Source: Eledone cirrhosa (lineage: Eukaryota). Taken from it: a DNA stretch of 64,000 nucleotides. Under the pieces are notes generated by a model. That model saw nothing but the letters and a program-made list of their open reading frames with translations, made no database searches and was not told the origin of the DNA. This document shows positions 12,621 to 25,995 of this stretch, one piece after another; within the stretch, counting starts at the first letter, position 1, and every line of letters starts with the position of its first letter. The position numbers and the translations under genes were made by a program. Location: the NCBI GenBank assembly GCA_964016885.1, contig OZ024741.1:293012001-293076000 (forward strand), read 5' to 3'.

Positions 12621-14904
12621 CTATATATTGGGCTTAAAGTTTTGGAAGGAATGTCTGAGGCGGTGCTGGCAAGTTGCAAACACCTCAGATTTTTTGTTAA
12701 GTAGGTTACGGTTGGAGAAGATAATATTGTGTGTCTCTAGTATACAGAGGTTACAGAATTTATTAGGTGGTTTGTACGAGGTCGCGCTGCCTATCACTTC
12801 CCATTTGAGTGTGTATGGTTTATTTTTAGATTTTAGATAGTGTATGTAGCTAGAAAGTGAGGTGGAGTTGGCTAGGCTGTGCTTTTTGAACGAGTGGATG
12901 TGCGAATTATATCTGATTTTGAAGCAGTTAGAAGTGGAGCCTACATAGGTTTCTGAAGAGTTATTAGTCGTGACGGTGCATGAGTATATGACATCCTTGG
13001 TTAGGCATTTTTTATCTAAAGGGCAGGTTCTATTAGCTCTACAGTTACAATTATCCTGTGCGTTAGTCCGCTGGTTATAATGCAGTGCGGAAGTCTGTGT
13101 GGTAGATATAGGATTTTGGGTGTTCGGGTTGACAACCCTGGTGTTATTCCTTATACTAGTGTAATTTCTATTGTTACTGTCGTTGCTATGGTTGCTTGCT
13201 ACAGTGGTATTTAGAGGGTTTGCATCCCGTTGTGATTTTGTTTCTTGGAAGTAAGAACTAATTTTACTATTATTGCTGCTAGCTATGTGGTATGCTAAGT
13301 TAGGCGTCGTAGAGTATGATATTTTAATGGTGTTTTTGTTTAAGAGGTTGTGGTACTTGTGTCCTATAGGGAAGTTTTTATCTAGTAGTGAGAAGAAAGC
13401 CCTAGGTATGTTGGTGGAGACATTAAGGTTGAAAGGAGGGTTGAAAAATGTATTATTTCTTCTTCTATTTTTGCTTTTAGTGTTTGGTGTGTTGCTTCCT
13501 CCTAAGGCCCCACAGTAGTTTCCATGGTAATGGTTACTTCCGGTGGCACCCTCCGCTTTGGTGCACTTGTGGTTGCTATTCCTATTATTAGATTTCCTCA
13601 TGGACATGTTGTGCGAGATGATGTTGTAGCTATGTGTTTTCTTAGGTAGGAACTCAATTTCTATATTATGGCCGGAGCTAACTAATGCTTGATTGTAATA
13701 TTGTGAGTTTTTGCTAAATATGTTTGCGTCATAGGACAGACTAGAGATTCTATTGGACACCCCCTTAGAGATAGAGTTTAATATTGATCTAGGGTGATTA
13801 GACTTGGTATCTACGTAAATAAGTTTCTCATTAGGCTTATGGAAAGGTGTATATATTTTTGAGTCTAGGTATAGTGTGGCGTCTAGGAAGTTAACATTTT
13901 TAGTGTTTTTGTCCATGGTGATACTAAGGTTAAAGTTTTTGAATGTCTTATGCAGTTGTTTTCTAGTTCTTTCTATATTAAATTTTTTATATTCTATAAG
14001 TAGAAGTGCATCATCGCGGTACAAACCACCATTGAGGTAAGGGAGGTCCTTATGGATTTCATTGAGGAGGTATAGGCCGACCAAATCAGTGACCTGCGCC
14101 GAGTCACTAGATCCCATGGTTATGTCGAAGTTGTTGTGCGTATCCTTGCGTGTCCATAGTTGGTCCTCAAAGGTAATTATGGTTTTACGGGCCGCAAGGA
14201 TGACATCAACCTGGGCTCTAGTCAGGTCGCTATTGGTCATGGCCATGATAAGTGCCTTATTTAATAGGATAGGGGAAATAGAGGTGTAGTACGAATTGAT
14301 ATCAAATTGAATACATTTTTTGTTCTTATTATTCTTGATATCCTTGAACCATTCAATGACTTCACCCGTATTTCCCCATTGTTTAAGGTGTATCTTGTGT
14401 TTAATTTGTGGGATGATTTTATCCAAAATCTTCTTGCTGATAATACCAATGTCGGACTTGGAAGGGCAGATAAGTCTTATCGTGGGGTTGCTGATGAAGT
14501 TCTCCTTATGGTCCTTCAGAGAGAATCTAGGGGGTTCGGAGTGAAAGGTTGTGTATGCCTCTGTAGTCCTAGTTTAGACACTATACTATAACCCTCTACA
14601 TTAATATCTTCTAAGTTTTTCAAGGTGGTTTTTTTGTAGTTTTTATGTAGTTCATTATATATAAACTTTCTATAAGTATTATAATCTAGGCTGTATATGT
14701 TATTAGTTTTATCTGCGTGTACAATAATTTTATTACTAGTTTTGAATCCATTAATAGAAGTGTTAAGTTTGTTTAAGAAGGTGTTGCTTTTAATATGGTG
14801 CTTATTGTATTTAATGTTCTTAACTAGTTTAACTAGGTCATTTTCAAAGGAGTTAAGTAGAGTGTTATGAGGGGGGCTTTTAAAGGTTTTAAAGCCGAAG
14901 GAGT
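12621..14904 (-). pseudogene. PLE RT/GIY-YIG ORF, N-terminally truncated, one frameshift near 14530
   Basis: The upstream frame (…PFTPNP) continues in the -1 frame as PRFSLKDHKENFISNPTIRLICPS into the 601-aa ORF. The shift lies at the G run 14530-14534. Confidence 0.88.
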
Positions 14905-15285
14905 CTCTACCACACATATCTCTCTGCCACACTATATAAACAAGACGCACATGCGTGCCACACATATAACACTTGCACTATATAACCGCTTACCTTCATG
15001 TTTTATTTTAACCTATATTTTTGATTTTTGATTGTACCTATTAATATAAATGTAATCTCGAAGTGTGTACTGCCACTCTAAATTCTGTAATGAATGTTGA
15101 CCCACAATGTTTGAATATGTATCAATGTTTGAATATGTATTGGTATGTCTCTCGGCTGAAAAGGAGGTCATATAACTGTCCATGCATTAATAAATCGCTC
15201 CGAAGAATCCAAACCTCGGTTTGGAGGAAACAGCTGTAAGCACAATAATGTTTTGAACAGTTCTTTGATTCTTATATTTCATATA
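14905..15285. repeat. Right arm of the inverted pLTR repeat
   Basis: Reverse complement of 11089-11466, fused directly to the truncated ORF. Confidence 0.95.
15197..15241 (+). ncRNA. Minimal type I hammerhead motif, inverted copy
   Basis: Identical to 11133-11177 on the opposite strand. Confidence 0.65.
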
Positions 15286-16169
15286 TATATATACACATTT
15301 ATATATTTATGAGATTAGTGTAACTTTGGTTCGAGCATAGTAGTGATAAGATATGATATGATGTTCGAGATTAATATTACATAGAATGTAATTTGTGAAA
15401 ATGTGTTAGGTTATCAGCAAAAGACAAACACTGACAGGTGAGAATTCACTTCCCTCTGGAATAATTTTCACACCTCATGTGATTCACTTAGATTGATCAG
15501 AAAAGCGGGAATAACAATGCCATTTCTTCAGTGCTTCAGCTGAATAACCTCACAACATTTTCTAGCAATTACCAGGGACAGCAATTACAATTCATCTTTA
15601 GTTTCCTGATGTGTTATTTTGTAAATTGGTTTTTCTTTTTGTTTTCTTTAATATTGTCTTTCTCGGGTGATAGATTGGCAAAATTGTAAGGCAGCATTAT
15701 TTGTGTGTAGGACAAAATGTTACTTAAAAGTAGGCCCATTTTTATAATAATAAATATTCATACTTAAATCATTATTTTAAGTAACAAGTTTTGTTAAGTT
15801 ATGTTGCAAACACCAACATAATAATGAGAAAATTAGTTGCACAATTAAATCACTGCAAGTGGATTAGCAGTATTGATAGAACATTGGACATGATTTGCAG
15901 CATATAGTTACGTCCATTTATATTCTGATTTTAAATCCCACCAATGTTAATAATAATTTTAATAAATCCCTCCACATTCTTCATTAATTAATTTAAATAC
16001 ACAGTATTCATTATAAATAAAGGGTTAATGTGTATAGTTCTATTATTGAAACATGCACTTTTGTAAATTAAATGCAACTAAAAATGAGATAGCATATAAC
16101 TATGAGGATTTCTAAAATTTAGCTCAGAGTTAAACTTTTCTATCTGTGCCATTTGAACTATTACAGCTT

Positions 16170-16290
16170 TGGCACAACTCTTACAGGGTTGATAAAATAA
16201 AGTACCAATAGTTCCCTGGTGTCAATTTAATCGACTTTCCCCTCCCTGCAAATTGTTGGCTTTGTGACTAAATCATAAACCATTATTAAA
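16170..16290 (+). mobile_element. SINE family 3, 3' fragment
   Basis: GGGTTGATAAAATAAAGTACCA…AATCGACTTTCCCCTCC matches 61895-62105. Confidence 0.65.
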
Positions 16291-16671
16291 TCACTGCAAA
16301 TTCTTAATTATTTTCTAAATTATTTTTAATTGATAGGAAGTGTCTTTAATTATAAATGTGATAACAAATAGGTTTAAGGGTGATGAACTGCCAAAATCAG
16401 TGGGGTGTTGATTGATTGGTGGAATTGGCAGAGCAATTGAGAAAATAGCATGCCAGGTAGATGAATTGATAGAACTGTTAATGGGATGGACGAAATAGCA
16501 TGTGGGTCAGTAGAATAGTTAGAATGAATTTGACAATATGTTATGTAAAGGAGATGGATTGGTGTATATCATGAATATAGTAGAGAAAATGAAAGTGCCT
16601 GGCCTAATGTTAACAATATCTTATGTAAAGGAGCTGGAATGGTCTTTATCATGAATATGGTAGAGAAAATG

Positions 16672-16945
16672 AAGGTTCCTGGCCTAACATTTAGGATGCT
16701 TGATGTACAATCATAATGTCAGCGGTTGGATTCCTTGACAGGCAGCTGCACTGTGTTCTTGAGCAAAATACTTTATTTCATGTTGCTTCAAGTACCCTGA
16801 GATGAGTACCAGCAGAAACTGGCGTGTTAAACCTGTAATAGACTGGTGTCCTGTCAAGGGAGAGTCTTGTAATCTCAGCACCAAGGAAACTGGGGTTAAA
16901 CACTTGCCTGATGAACCTTCAGCTTAGAACAAACTTTTACTTAAA
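16672..16945 (+). mobile_element. Degenerate CORE-type SINE, family 2
   Basis: Aligns with 19362-19642 (TTCTTGAGCAAAATACTT, ATGAGTACCAGC, GAGTCTTGTA). Confidence 0.75.
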
Positions 16946-16974
16946 ATAACTTAACATATGACTTTTCTTCTTTT

Positions 16975-17530
16975 CCCACTTGTTCTTGGAAGAGGCATGG
17001 GGACAGAGTCTTCAAACACTCCTTCCAGCAGGTCCTGTCAGAAGCAACCAACCCCAATTGATCTGACTGGATCCCCTAGTGAGACCAGCCAAGTCCTGGA
17101 TGTTATCCAATCATCTTGCTCAGGCTTTATCCCTGGGTATCCTGCCAGTTGGTTTTGCCCATAAAATCTGTCAAGCAATTCTTTCCTGAGACATTATAAC
17201 CACTAAATCATTCAATGTGGGAGTCCCACACCACTAAGGGTGATTACTGCCACCTCTGCTGTTCATAATATTCATGAGCTAGATTGACCTGCACAGCTGC
17301 GTTGCAAGTGGTATCATGACTGGCCGATCTAAGATTAGTCAACTGGAAGTTTCAGATGACATGGTGTTACTTAAGTTGTCAGATGATAATCTCCAACATG
17401 AACTTGATAGGTTTGATGGCAAGTGTTGCATGACCAGAATAAAAATAAGTGTTGCAAAGACTGAACAGATGATTCTAATATAGAATTGTGTTGGACGATT
17501 TTAATTTAAATAGGAATCCTTTGCAATGAG
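16975..17530. mobile_element. Old RTE-like LINE remnants: 3' end on - (about 16975-17205) and RT fragment on + (about 17230-17530)
   Basis: The + strand reads PLLFIIFM…SDDMVLL…LQHELDRF…KISVAKTE. The - part is homologous to 31715-31945. Confidence 0.6.
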
Positions 17531-18908
17531 TGGGTTTGTTTCATAGAACCAGAGCCAGTTTTGGCAGAATTGAAATGCTTTTTGCAATACTGGTCTGATA
17601 CATTCTATGAGTAGAAACACATCATTGCAATGAAATATGCAAGAGGATCAGATCAGTTTCTATGTTATATGTTGTATAGTTAGCATAGAGAGCTAATTTA
17701 AAATATTACTACCATGGGTGAATTGCTTGGAGTCATGTAGTCCCAACTAAACTTACACTGCCACATGATTACAAGGTTTATAGCAGTACTGTGCATGGAC
17801 AACAAATGGTGCTATATTACTGACCCCACTTCCACAGATATTTGGGCTCCCTGTGACCATTACCTTCAACTTTAACACTATCAGCAACATAACTGATGCC
17901 ATGATGCACTAATATCCATATATCTGAAATCATGGATGATTGATTGTGTAATGGATCTATTTTTTCTCTCTTTCACTCATTACATACTACATATATACTG
18001 ACACACACACAAAGGGAGACATAAATACATACACAACACTCACACATGTATATATATAGAGAGAGATAAATACTTATCTATACATATATATTTATATATA
18101 TAGACACACATTACTTACGATTCTGCTTTGGTTTGTATGAATGCATCCCATATGTTGAGTCATTACGTCAGAAATAGAATTATGGTTTAAAGTAATGCAG
18201 AACTGTGTGCTTTGAATAACTAAAATAGTTTTACTCAGTTTGAAAATCGTACATAATCATAATTGAGATCAATATAAATTGAATTTGACACTTAAAAATG
18301 CCTTGAAGCGTGTATTTTAAACTGAAAATGATGGGAACAAAATAATCTAATTTTATACATCGTGTAACAATGGATTTATTTGAAGGTGATTCACAAATTG
18401 TAACAACTGTTTAATGTATTTAGAATTTTGTAAAGTTTTAAGCATCAAAAGATATTTTTCTAAAGTGCAATAATGCCAAGAATTGTATTTAATGGCTGGG
18501 AAGGTACAAAGGATGAGATATATTTTCAATGTTGTTGTTTTCATTTATTTATTTTTTATTTCTTCTGCATTATATTTTAATTTTATTGATATATAATTTT
18601 TTTTTGTGTTATGGGTGTTGCATGTGTGTTTGTGCATGTATTTATATGTAATGGGAAATTCTCGGCATTTATCAATTGAAATTTGAATTTCATAAACATA
18701 AATACTATAGAATCCATTATATTATATTATCTATGTTTTCGAAAGGGGAAGTTTTATTGATGGAAAGAAATTTGAATTTTCCCCATAAAGTGCTCAATCA
18801 TCTTGCTAAATTTGGATCAGTCTATTTGAAGGTGGTCGTTAAGTGCCCAACATGTGTAAGCATGCAAATGTGTACGCATGTGAATATATATATGTGTATG
18901 TATGGAAA

Positions 18909-18976
<68 letters not shown>

Positions 18977-19033
18977 TATATAATGTATATATATATATAT
19001 TTGTATATATATATTTGTATATATATATATATT

Positions 19034-19116
<83 letters not shown>

Positions 19117-19198
19117 ATATATATATATATATTTATATTTGGAGTCCAGAAATAACCGTCGAAACGGCTTGAGCTCTGCCGTCGGGGTCATACTTTTT

Positions 19199-19249
<51 letters not shown>

Positions 19250-19361
19250 GTATATATATATATGTGTGTGTGTGTGTAAAGTGTATACATATTTATGTAT
19301 AATGTATATATCAATATGTATGTATATTATATATATATGTATGTATATAATATATATATAT

Positions 19362-19642
19362 GGAGGCACATGGCCTAGTGGTAAGGGTGTTGGACTTACG
19401 ATCATAATGTCGTGGGCTCGATTCCTGGGTTGCGTGTTGTGTTCTTGAGCAAAACACTTCATTGCACGTTGCTCCAGTATACTCAGCTGAAAATGAGTAC
19501 CAGCAATAGCTGGAGGTTTAACCCTGCGATGGACTGGCGTCCTGTCCAGGGGGGAGTCTTGTACTCTCAGTCGCTTCACGCCATGAAACCGGGATAAGCA
19601 CCGGCCAAATGAGCCTTCTGGCTTAAGACAGACTTTAGACTT
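19362..19642 (+). mobile_element. Full-length tRNA-derived CORE-type SINE, family 2
   Basis: A box TGGCCTAGTGG, B-box-like GGCTCGATTCC, core TTGAGCAAAACACTT…CTCAGCTGAAAATGAG resembling the MIR core, GACTTTAGACTT tail; inserted in (TA)n. Confidence 0.88.
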
Positions 19643-21845
19643 ATATATATATAAATATATAGTTGCATGTGTGTATGAATTAGTTTTAACTGGAAAGGAA
19701 TTATTTGATTATATATTTTCGCTCTACAACTTCATTTCTCTGCACTTATTTGAATGACCTTGGAAGAGTAAGGACAAAACATTCTAACCTGGCAGGATGT
19801 GGATTCCCATTTTAAAGAGCAACATAACAAAACCATATCCAGGAACCCTCCCTTTTCTATTACATTAATAACAATAGCAATAATAATAATAATATCAATA
19901 ATTATGATAATTTCTTTTATTTGCTTCAAGGGTTCACAATATGTGGGAAAAATGCAGGGATGTAAACAACATAAAATGGGATTTGCATTGTATAAAAGGG
20001 AAATCAATAAAAGAGGAGAACCTCTAGATATAGCAACAACAATAATTGAATTAATAATAATGATAATTTCTTTATTAACCACACACGACTCACATTAGGG
20101 AAACATTAAAGACGGTACAGGACGATACAGCATGGGTTTTTCCTTGTGTAAAATAATAAAAATCTTAATAATAATAATAATAATATTGTGTTGACTTCAA
20201 CCGCTTATCTTCTCGGGAAGTTTCTCTCCATCTAATGTATACGACCCTTAGATCTCTGGTTGAGACTCAGCTGGTTGATGAAATAAAAAGGAAATCAAAT
20301 GAAAAGTAAAATAATTAATAATGTTAACATAGTGCAAAAACTTCCCTTAACTGGTATGGCACACATGTTGTGAAGAGCACTATCACTGTGAGAATGATAA
20401 TCATTTATATAATAATTTTTTTACATAACTTTATTAGATTATATTCCATAATTATGTAAGTTGTAAATAATTGAACACTCTTATATGATTGAATATCATT
20501 CTGTTGTAAATATGATTTTGAACAGAGAAATATTATACTTGCAATTGTGTGACTTATGTGGCGTGAACACTCTGGTGTTTATTGTGTGGATTATCAATGT
20601 ATGTAGTGAGTTTCTCTGCCCGAAGTGTTGAGAAATCAATCAGAAAGAAATGGGAACAAAACTGAAAGAAAAGGTAAAACACAAAGCATAATAATAATAA
20701 TTTCCTTATTAACCACAAGTGTTTACAAAAGGAGGAAGAACAGTACAAAGTAATATAGAAAGGGGGATGAAAACATAAAAAGGGACATAGCAAAAATAAA
20801 TTGGGGAACAATAAAATAATGCAAAGAACATTCCTCAATTATGAGGGAAATCATCAAGGCATGCTTGTGTAAAAATCCATAAGCTATAGTCCCTCTGATC
20901 ATTAAGGTAAAGTGTTTCTCCCATTTGTCCTTCTCCAAGCTACAGGTTCATGCTCAGTGCAGGCCAATTCCCTTGCACCATGCTCACCACAATCATACCT
21001 TTCAACAAATTTTCTAAGTAAGTGAAACTTGAAAAATTCTAGGAGGATTTGGCCAAAGAGAGAAATTTGGAATCGTGTAGCATGTACTCATTGTGGTCCA
21101 TCAAAGACTGAAGTGCGATTTTGTTGCTATTATGTGCCTTTGTTACTCAGACGCATCAAATTATTTTCATTTCTTCATCTCTTAGAACATGCACCTTAGC
21201 TCTTCAGGCTTGGTATTGAAGAATTAGTTGAGGGCCAATTTACTTGCAAGCATGTCAGTTGAGATACCTTATTCTAAAAGCCTTTTCTAGGTTTCTAACT
21301 AGCTCTCCTTCTAGTTTTCTATATCACCTTTTCCTTACTAAATCTTATTGATTGTACTTTCATTCTAATCGCCATTACCTATCATTCAAACATACAAGAA
21401 AGTGAAAAATATTTACAAAGACACGGAATGTCATAAACAAAAATTTGAAATGTATGTGCCCCAACAAAATTGAACATAATAATAGTCGATCAGTATATAT
21501 AGTAGTTGATAAAATTGGATAAAGTGATTGACTGTTATTATGATTATTCATGGTGGGATTCACACATTTCTAATTTCATATATATATATATCATCATCGT
21601 CAAGTGTATGTGTGTGTGTGTGTGAGAACAAATAGTGAAAGATATAAATAAATTTGGGAGCAATTTAAAAAGAATTATAGATATGACATACAAATAATTA
21701 CATATAAGTGGCTTTGTTTTAATGGGTTGCAAGTTTGGCATTCAATGGCTTTATCCCCTGAGTATTTTGTTAATTGTTGGCTTCATTTTTAGAGTGTATT
21801 ATGTTCGTAGAGGGACATTCAGTTATTACTTTGAGTTTGTTCTAG

Positions 21846-22071
21846 GTGTATCAACATTCAGGTTTATGTGTTTGATGGTCCTATTTACTTAATTACATAT
21901 AACAATGGTGATAATAATGATATCATTGATTTACCACAAAGGTTGCTGGATGAAAGAAACATTACAAGGACAACTTTCAGATTATGGTGGCGGGGAGGGG
22001 TGACTGAAAAAAATACTAATGATTTCCTTTATATATACAAAACTAGAAACGGAACTTACAAAAATGTGTAT
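21846..22071 (+). CDS. Candidate host coding exon, product unknown
   Basis: Stop-free 75-codon stretch of complex sequence with AG acceptors at 21844-45 and 21860-61 and GT donors at 22068 (GTATGT) and 22072 (GTAAGA). No other exons identified. Confidence 0.3.
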
Positions 22072-22600
22072 GTAAGAAATGTTTGATATGTATATATATA
22101 TATATATAATATAATATAATATAATATAAATACAAAACAATAAATATTCACTGTAAAAAATGGGAAAAGTTATTTTTTATTATTTAAAAAACAAACATCT
22201 CGATATTCTATAAACAATCTATTGATTTCTATTGTGTTTCCTACTATCTTTTAGAATGAGGAACATATTGTGAAGAGACTTGATTTAATGTCCTCTCACT
22301 TTTTATCTACATTGATCACTTTACATTTTGTTTACCATTCAAATATTTTTTTCCTCTATTTGTTTGCTATTCATGCTGAAATTTCTAAATGTGTGTCTTG
22401 CTATTAATACACCAACTCTGTATTTTGTCTGAATTTTCCAATATAAGGTATTTTCATTGTTAAAAACATTAGTACATCACCTGTTGGTTTACTATATATG
22501 TGTTTGTCTATGTGTGTGTTGGAATTTATGCTTACTATGCACATTTAACCATGACTGTGATCAACCTTACATGTATATATTTATACAATATATATATTCA

Positions 22601-22631
<31 letters not shown>

Positions 22632-23539
22632 GCATATATATATATACTATTTTTCCATTCCTTCCTCTTCGCACTCTCTATCTTTCTATTTCATGTATCT
22701 ATTCTAAATTCTATCTTCTGCTAACAGGCTAGTGTCCAAAATGTTAAGACACTTTTCCTATTACACCAAGCATTAAACTAATACATTTCTTCATTGTACT
22801 GTCATTTGTTCTGGTATTTATATTTACTTTTTGTATACATATGCTTATATATTCATTGCATCTGATGATCAAATCAAACCCAGACTTGAGCTGCATGTTA
22901 CCAAAATATTATGTAATTGCTTATGGCTCTGAGCTGGTCATTTACAAACACATGATTATGGATGTGTATGGATGTGTGTGTGCACCCACAAACATACTCA
23001 CAGATTGAAAGAGAAAGAGATAGACAAAACTGTTATCAAAGAATGGTGGCTTCTGGCATAAATGATTACATTTTAGAACATGTTTGATGAGTTGTTGCAT
23101 TTGTGTGTTACAACCAGGCAAAACTGCTTCACATTAAGGGTCGAAATACTTGCTTGGATGAGGGTTCTTCTCTGAAGGCCTTCTGCTGTCCAGTTCTCCT
23201 GAGAGTTTCTTACCACATTATATAGATTTAGAACATTTCTATGCTATCATTGATTCCATTAGAAATAGCAGCTAAATCTCCCTCCATTTACATCCTACAA
23301 TTAAAAAAAACAACAAAGTATACATTTGTTAATGTAGTCTTAGATATATTCTATTTAATATTAGGTATATGAGATCAGGAATGACCTAGGGCTAAACTAC
23401 AACAACAACAACTAAACACTATCATTTAAATATTTGAAATAATTTTTAAAAAACAATTTTGTACAATAAAAGGAATTTGCAGGGTCATGGGAAAACAAAT
23501 AGTTAAGGCTGGTGAAACGTGGAAGAGAGATACCAGCTG

Positions 23540-25995
23540 GTATGAGTGTGCTCTACCCACAATAACGGGCAATGAAAAAACTGCAACAACTCTGGGAAAC
23601 TAAACCAGAAAAACCTGCCATCCTGTACACACCATCATAAACTGCAAGCAGGGTATAAATTGTTGTCCTTAAATGCTCGCAGTTTATGCAACAAGATACA
23701 TCTGTTTAACTCCTACGTCAGAAGCATTGACCCTGACTTCATCACAGTCACGGAAACATGGGCACATTCCTAACTCTTTGATGGGGTTTTCAGCATTACT
23801 GAGTACAACCTTTTCCGCAAGGACCACATTAATCGCCGTGGTGGTGGTGTGATGGTCTACGTTCGTTCAATCATGCTATGATCATTGCCAATCTGGTTCT
23901 TGTGGGCAGTAACAGAAACCAGAACCATCTTCAATCTGTTTGCTTTGATTGGAAGAAAGCAGATTGGAACTTGTACTGCACTAAGCTACAACGCCCAAAC
24001 TGGCATGAGTTCTATAACTCTGGAGATGTGAACACTATACTCCAGAGCATCCTGGACTCAATATGGATAGCGTATGCTGCATCGGTTCCACGTAAGCAGA
24101 AAAAAACCCACCCCAAAAGTGTAATTTGGGAAACTTCAGCGGTCTGACTTGCCAGGAAAGAACGTTGGAACGCTGAACGGGAATATAAACTGCATAAATC
24201 AGATGCCAACAGAAAAAAGCGGAATAAATCTTCCAACCATCTCAAGCAAGTGACAAAAAAGGCAGTGTTTGAATTTGAACGGTGCAGAGCAACCAATCCT
24301 GACAGTAAGGTCTTCTGGAAATATGTTCATTCAAAGCAGAGACCCCACTCTACAGTTGGTCCTCTTCGCAATCCCCACACAAGCCAGATCACTGACGATC
24401 GCAAAGAATGCGCAGAACTCATTGCTGAGTGCTATGCAAGCATTTTTACTGTTGAAAACCAGAATGTACAATCTCCACCATCTCTAACATCAAATTCCAT
24501 AACAACTATGGAATTTACACCTGCAATGTTGCGACGTCACGTTAAGAATAAGTGCAACTATGCCTCCCCTGGTTTTGATGGTGTTACATACCTGCTTCTC
24601 AAACGTGGCGGGTACTTCCTTTTGCACCAGCTTTCTTTCTTCTTTCAATACTGACTCAACAATGGTGCTACTCTGGAGCAGTGGAAAACTGCCAATGTCA
24701 TTCCCCTGTTCAAAAAGGGCGACCGCACGTCACCTGTCAACTATCGTCCAGTCAGTCTTACTAGCTGTATTGCCAAACTGATGGAATCCTGTGTCAGAGA
24801 AACACTTTGGAACTTCTGGAACTCTCACAGCTTCATCCAGACCTCGTAGTTTGGATTTATACCTAACTCCAGCTGCTGTGATCAGCTTATCGAGTTCCTT
24901 GAAGACATTACCCGGATCACTGACAGTGTCTCATGGGTGGATGTTGTTTACCTTGACTTCGCTAAGGCTTTTAATTCTGTGTCACACAAAAGACTTATGG
25001 CAAAACTCTCTGCAATGGGTGTGGGGGATGATCTTTTTAACTGGTTGAAATCCTTAAATCTCAGCCGAAAAGAGGTAGTTACGGTTCTAGGACAGCATTC
25101 TTCACCATATGAGATGTCATCTGGTATACCACAGGGATCTGTTCTTGGTCCCCTTTTGATTGTGGCATATATTAATGACATAGATGCCAACTTAAAGAAT
25201 GCCACGGTACTGAAATATGCAGATGACATCAAGCTGTACCTTGAAATCACAACACTGATATCAAGAAGTCCTCTTGTGAACGTGACCTGGGCATTACTGT
25301 CAGCAGCGATTTGCGTTGGACAAAGCATGTCTCTAAGATTGTCAAGTAGGCCGAGGGTGTCTTGGCATCACTCAGCAAGACCTTTGTTAACCGCTCTCCA
25401 GCCAGCTATTTAAAGCTGTATACAGCTATGGTACAACCACACTTGGAATTCGCATAATCAGTCTGGAACCCCTATCTTGCTCAGAACATTGACCTCCTGA
25501 AAACTGTTCAGAGACGTGCAACCAAGCGCATACCCTCCATCAGACACCTACCATACTCTGAACATCTTGCTTCCCTGGGCATGGATTCATTGAAGCTCCG
25601 ACATCTGGCAATGGACTTGGTAACCACCCACAAAGTTATTAACCATCTCGCCAACAACAACCCTGAGCACCTTTTTGAACTCCATGTGTCTAACAACATC
25701 AGAAAAAAGCACAGCTACCATGAATTTCGGAAACATTTTTTCACGCTTAGAGTTGTTGAAGCATGGAACAAACTGCCTGCGTCAGTTGTTAGCTGCCGAG
25801 ATACTGCATCCTTTAAGGCCTCCATGCTTCCCGAAATTTGCCAAAACTAGACCAGATGTACCCCTTCCATACACATGCACATATGTGTATATCATGACTC
25901 ATGCACTGTTCATTTTTCTGACGTTTGTACATTACCCTATGTACTATACATACACTTTTTGATGAGTTGTAGTGGAACTGAGCACTGTACACAAT
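23540..25995 (+). mobile_element. CR1-clade LINE, degenerate with internal deletions
   Basis: APE start NARSLCNK…ITVTETW; NYRPVSLTS; DVVYLDFAKAF; SGIPQGSVLGPLL; KYADDIKLY; FF..RVV..WNKLP C-terminus. The 5' boundary is approximate. Confidence 0.9.

Larger units (their letters stand above)
10927..15285 (-). mobile_element. Penelope-like retroelement, probably Naiad-type, 5'-truncated, with inverted partial pseudo-LTR
   Basis: FGFKT..PP..FENDL, LKDHKENF, QFDINSYY, FDITMGS, GLYRDD, CNCRANRTCPLDKKC and VIYSC...YVGS motifs; 380-bp inverted repeat; (TA)n at both ends. Confidence 0.93.

Noticed and set aside
14905-14965. Apparent N-terminus MCGTHVRL… of the 149-aa ORF
   Set aside because: It derives from the inverted pLTR arm, not from the element's true start.
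19362-19435. tRNA gene at SINE heads
   Set aside because: A and B boxes are present but the cloverleaf is incomplete and continues into a SINE core.
20180-20660. Possible - strand exons following polypyrimidine-AG acceptors
   Set aside because: Early stops or no GT donor, and no recognisable protein motif.
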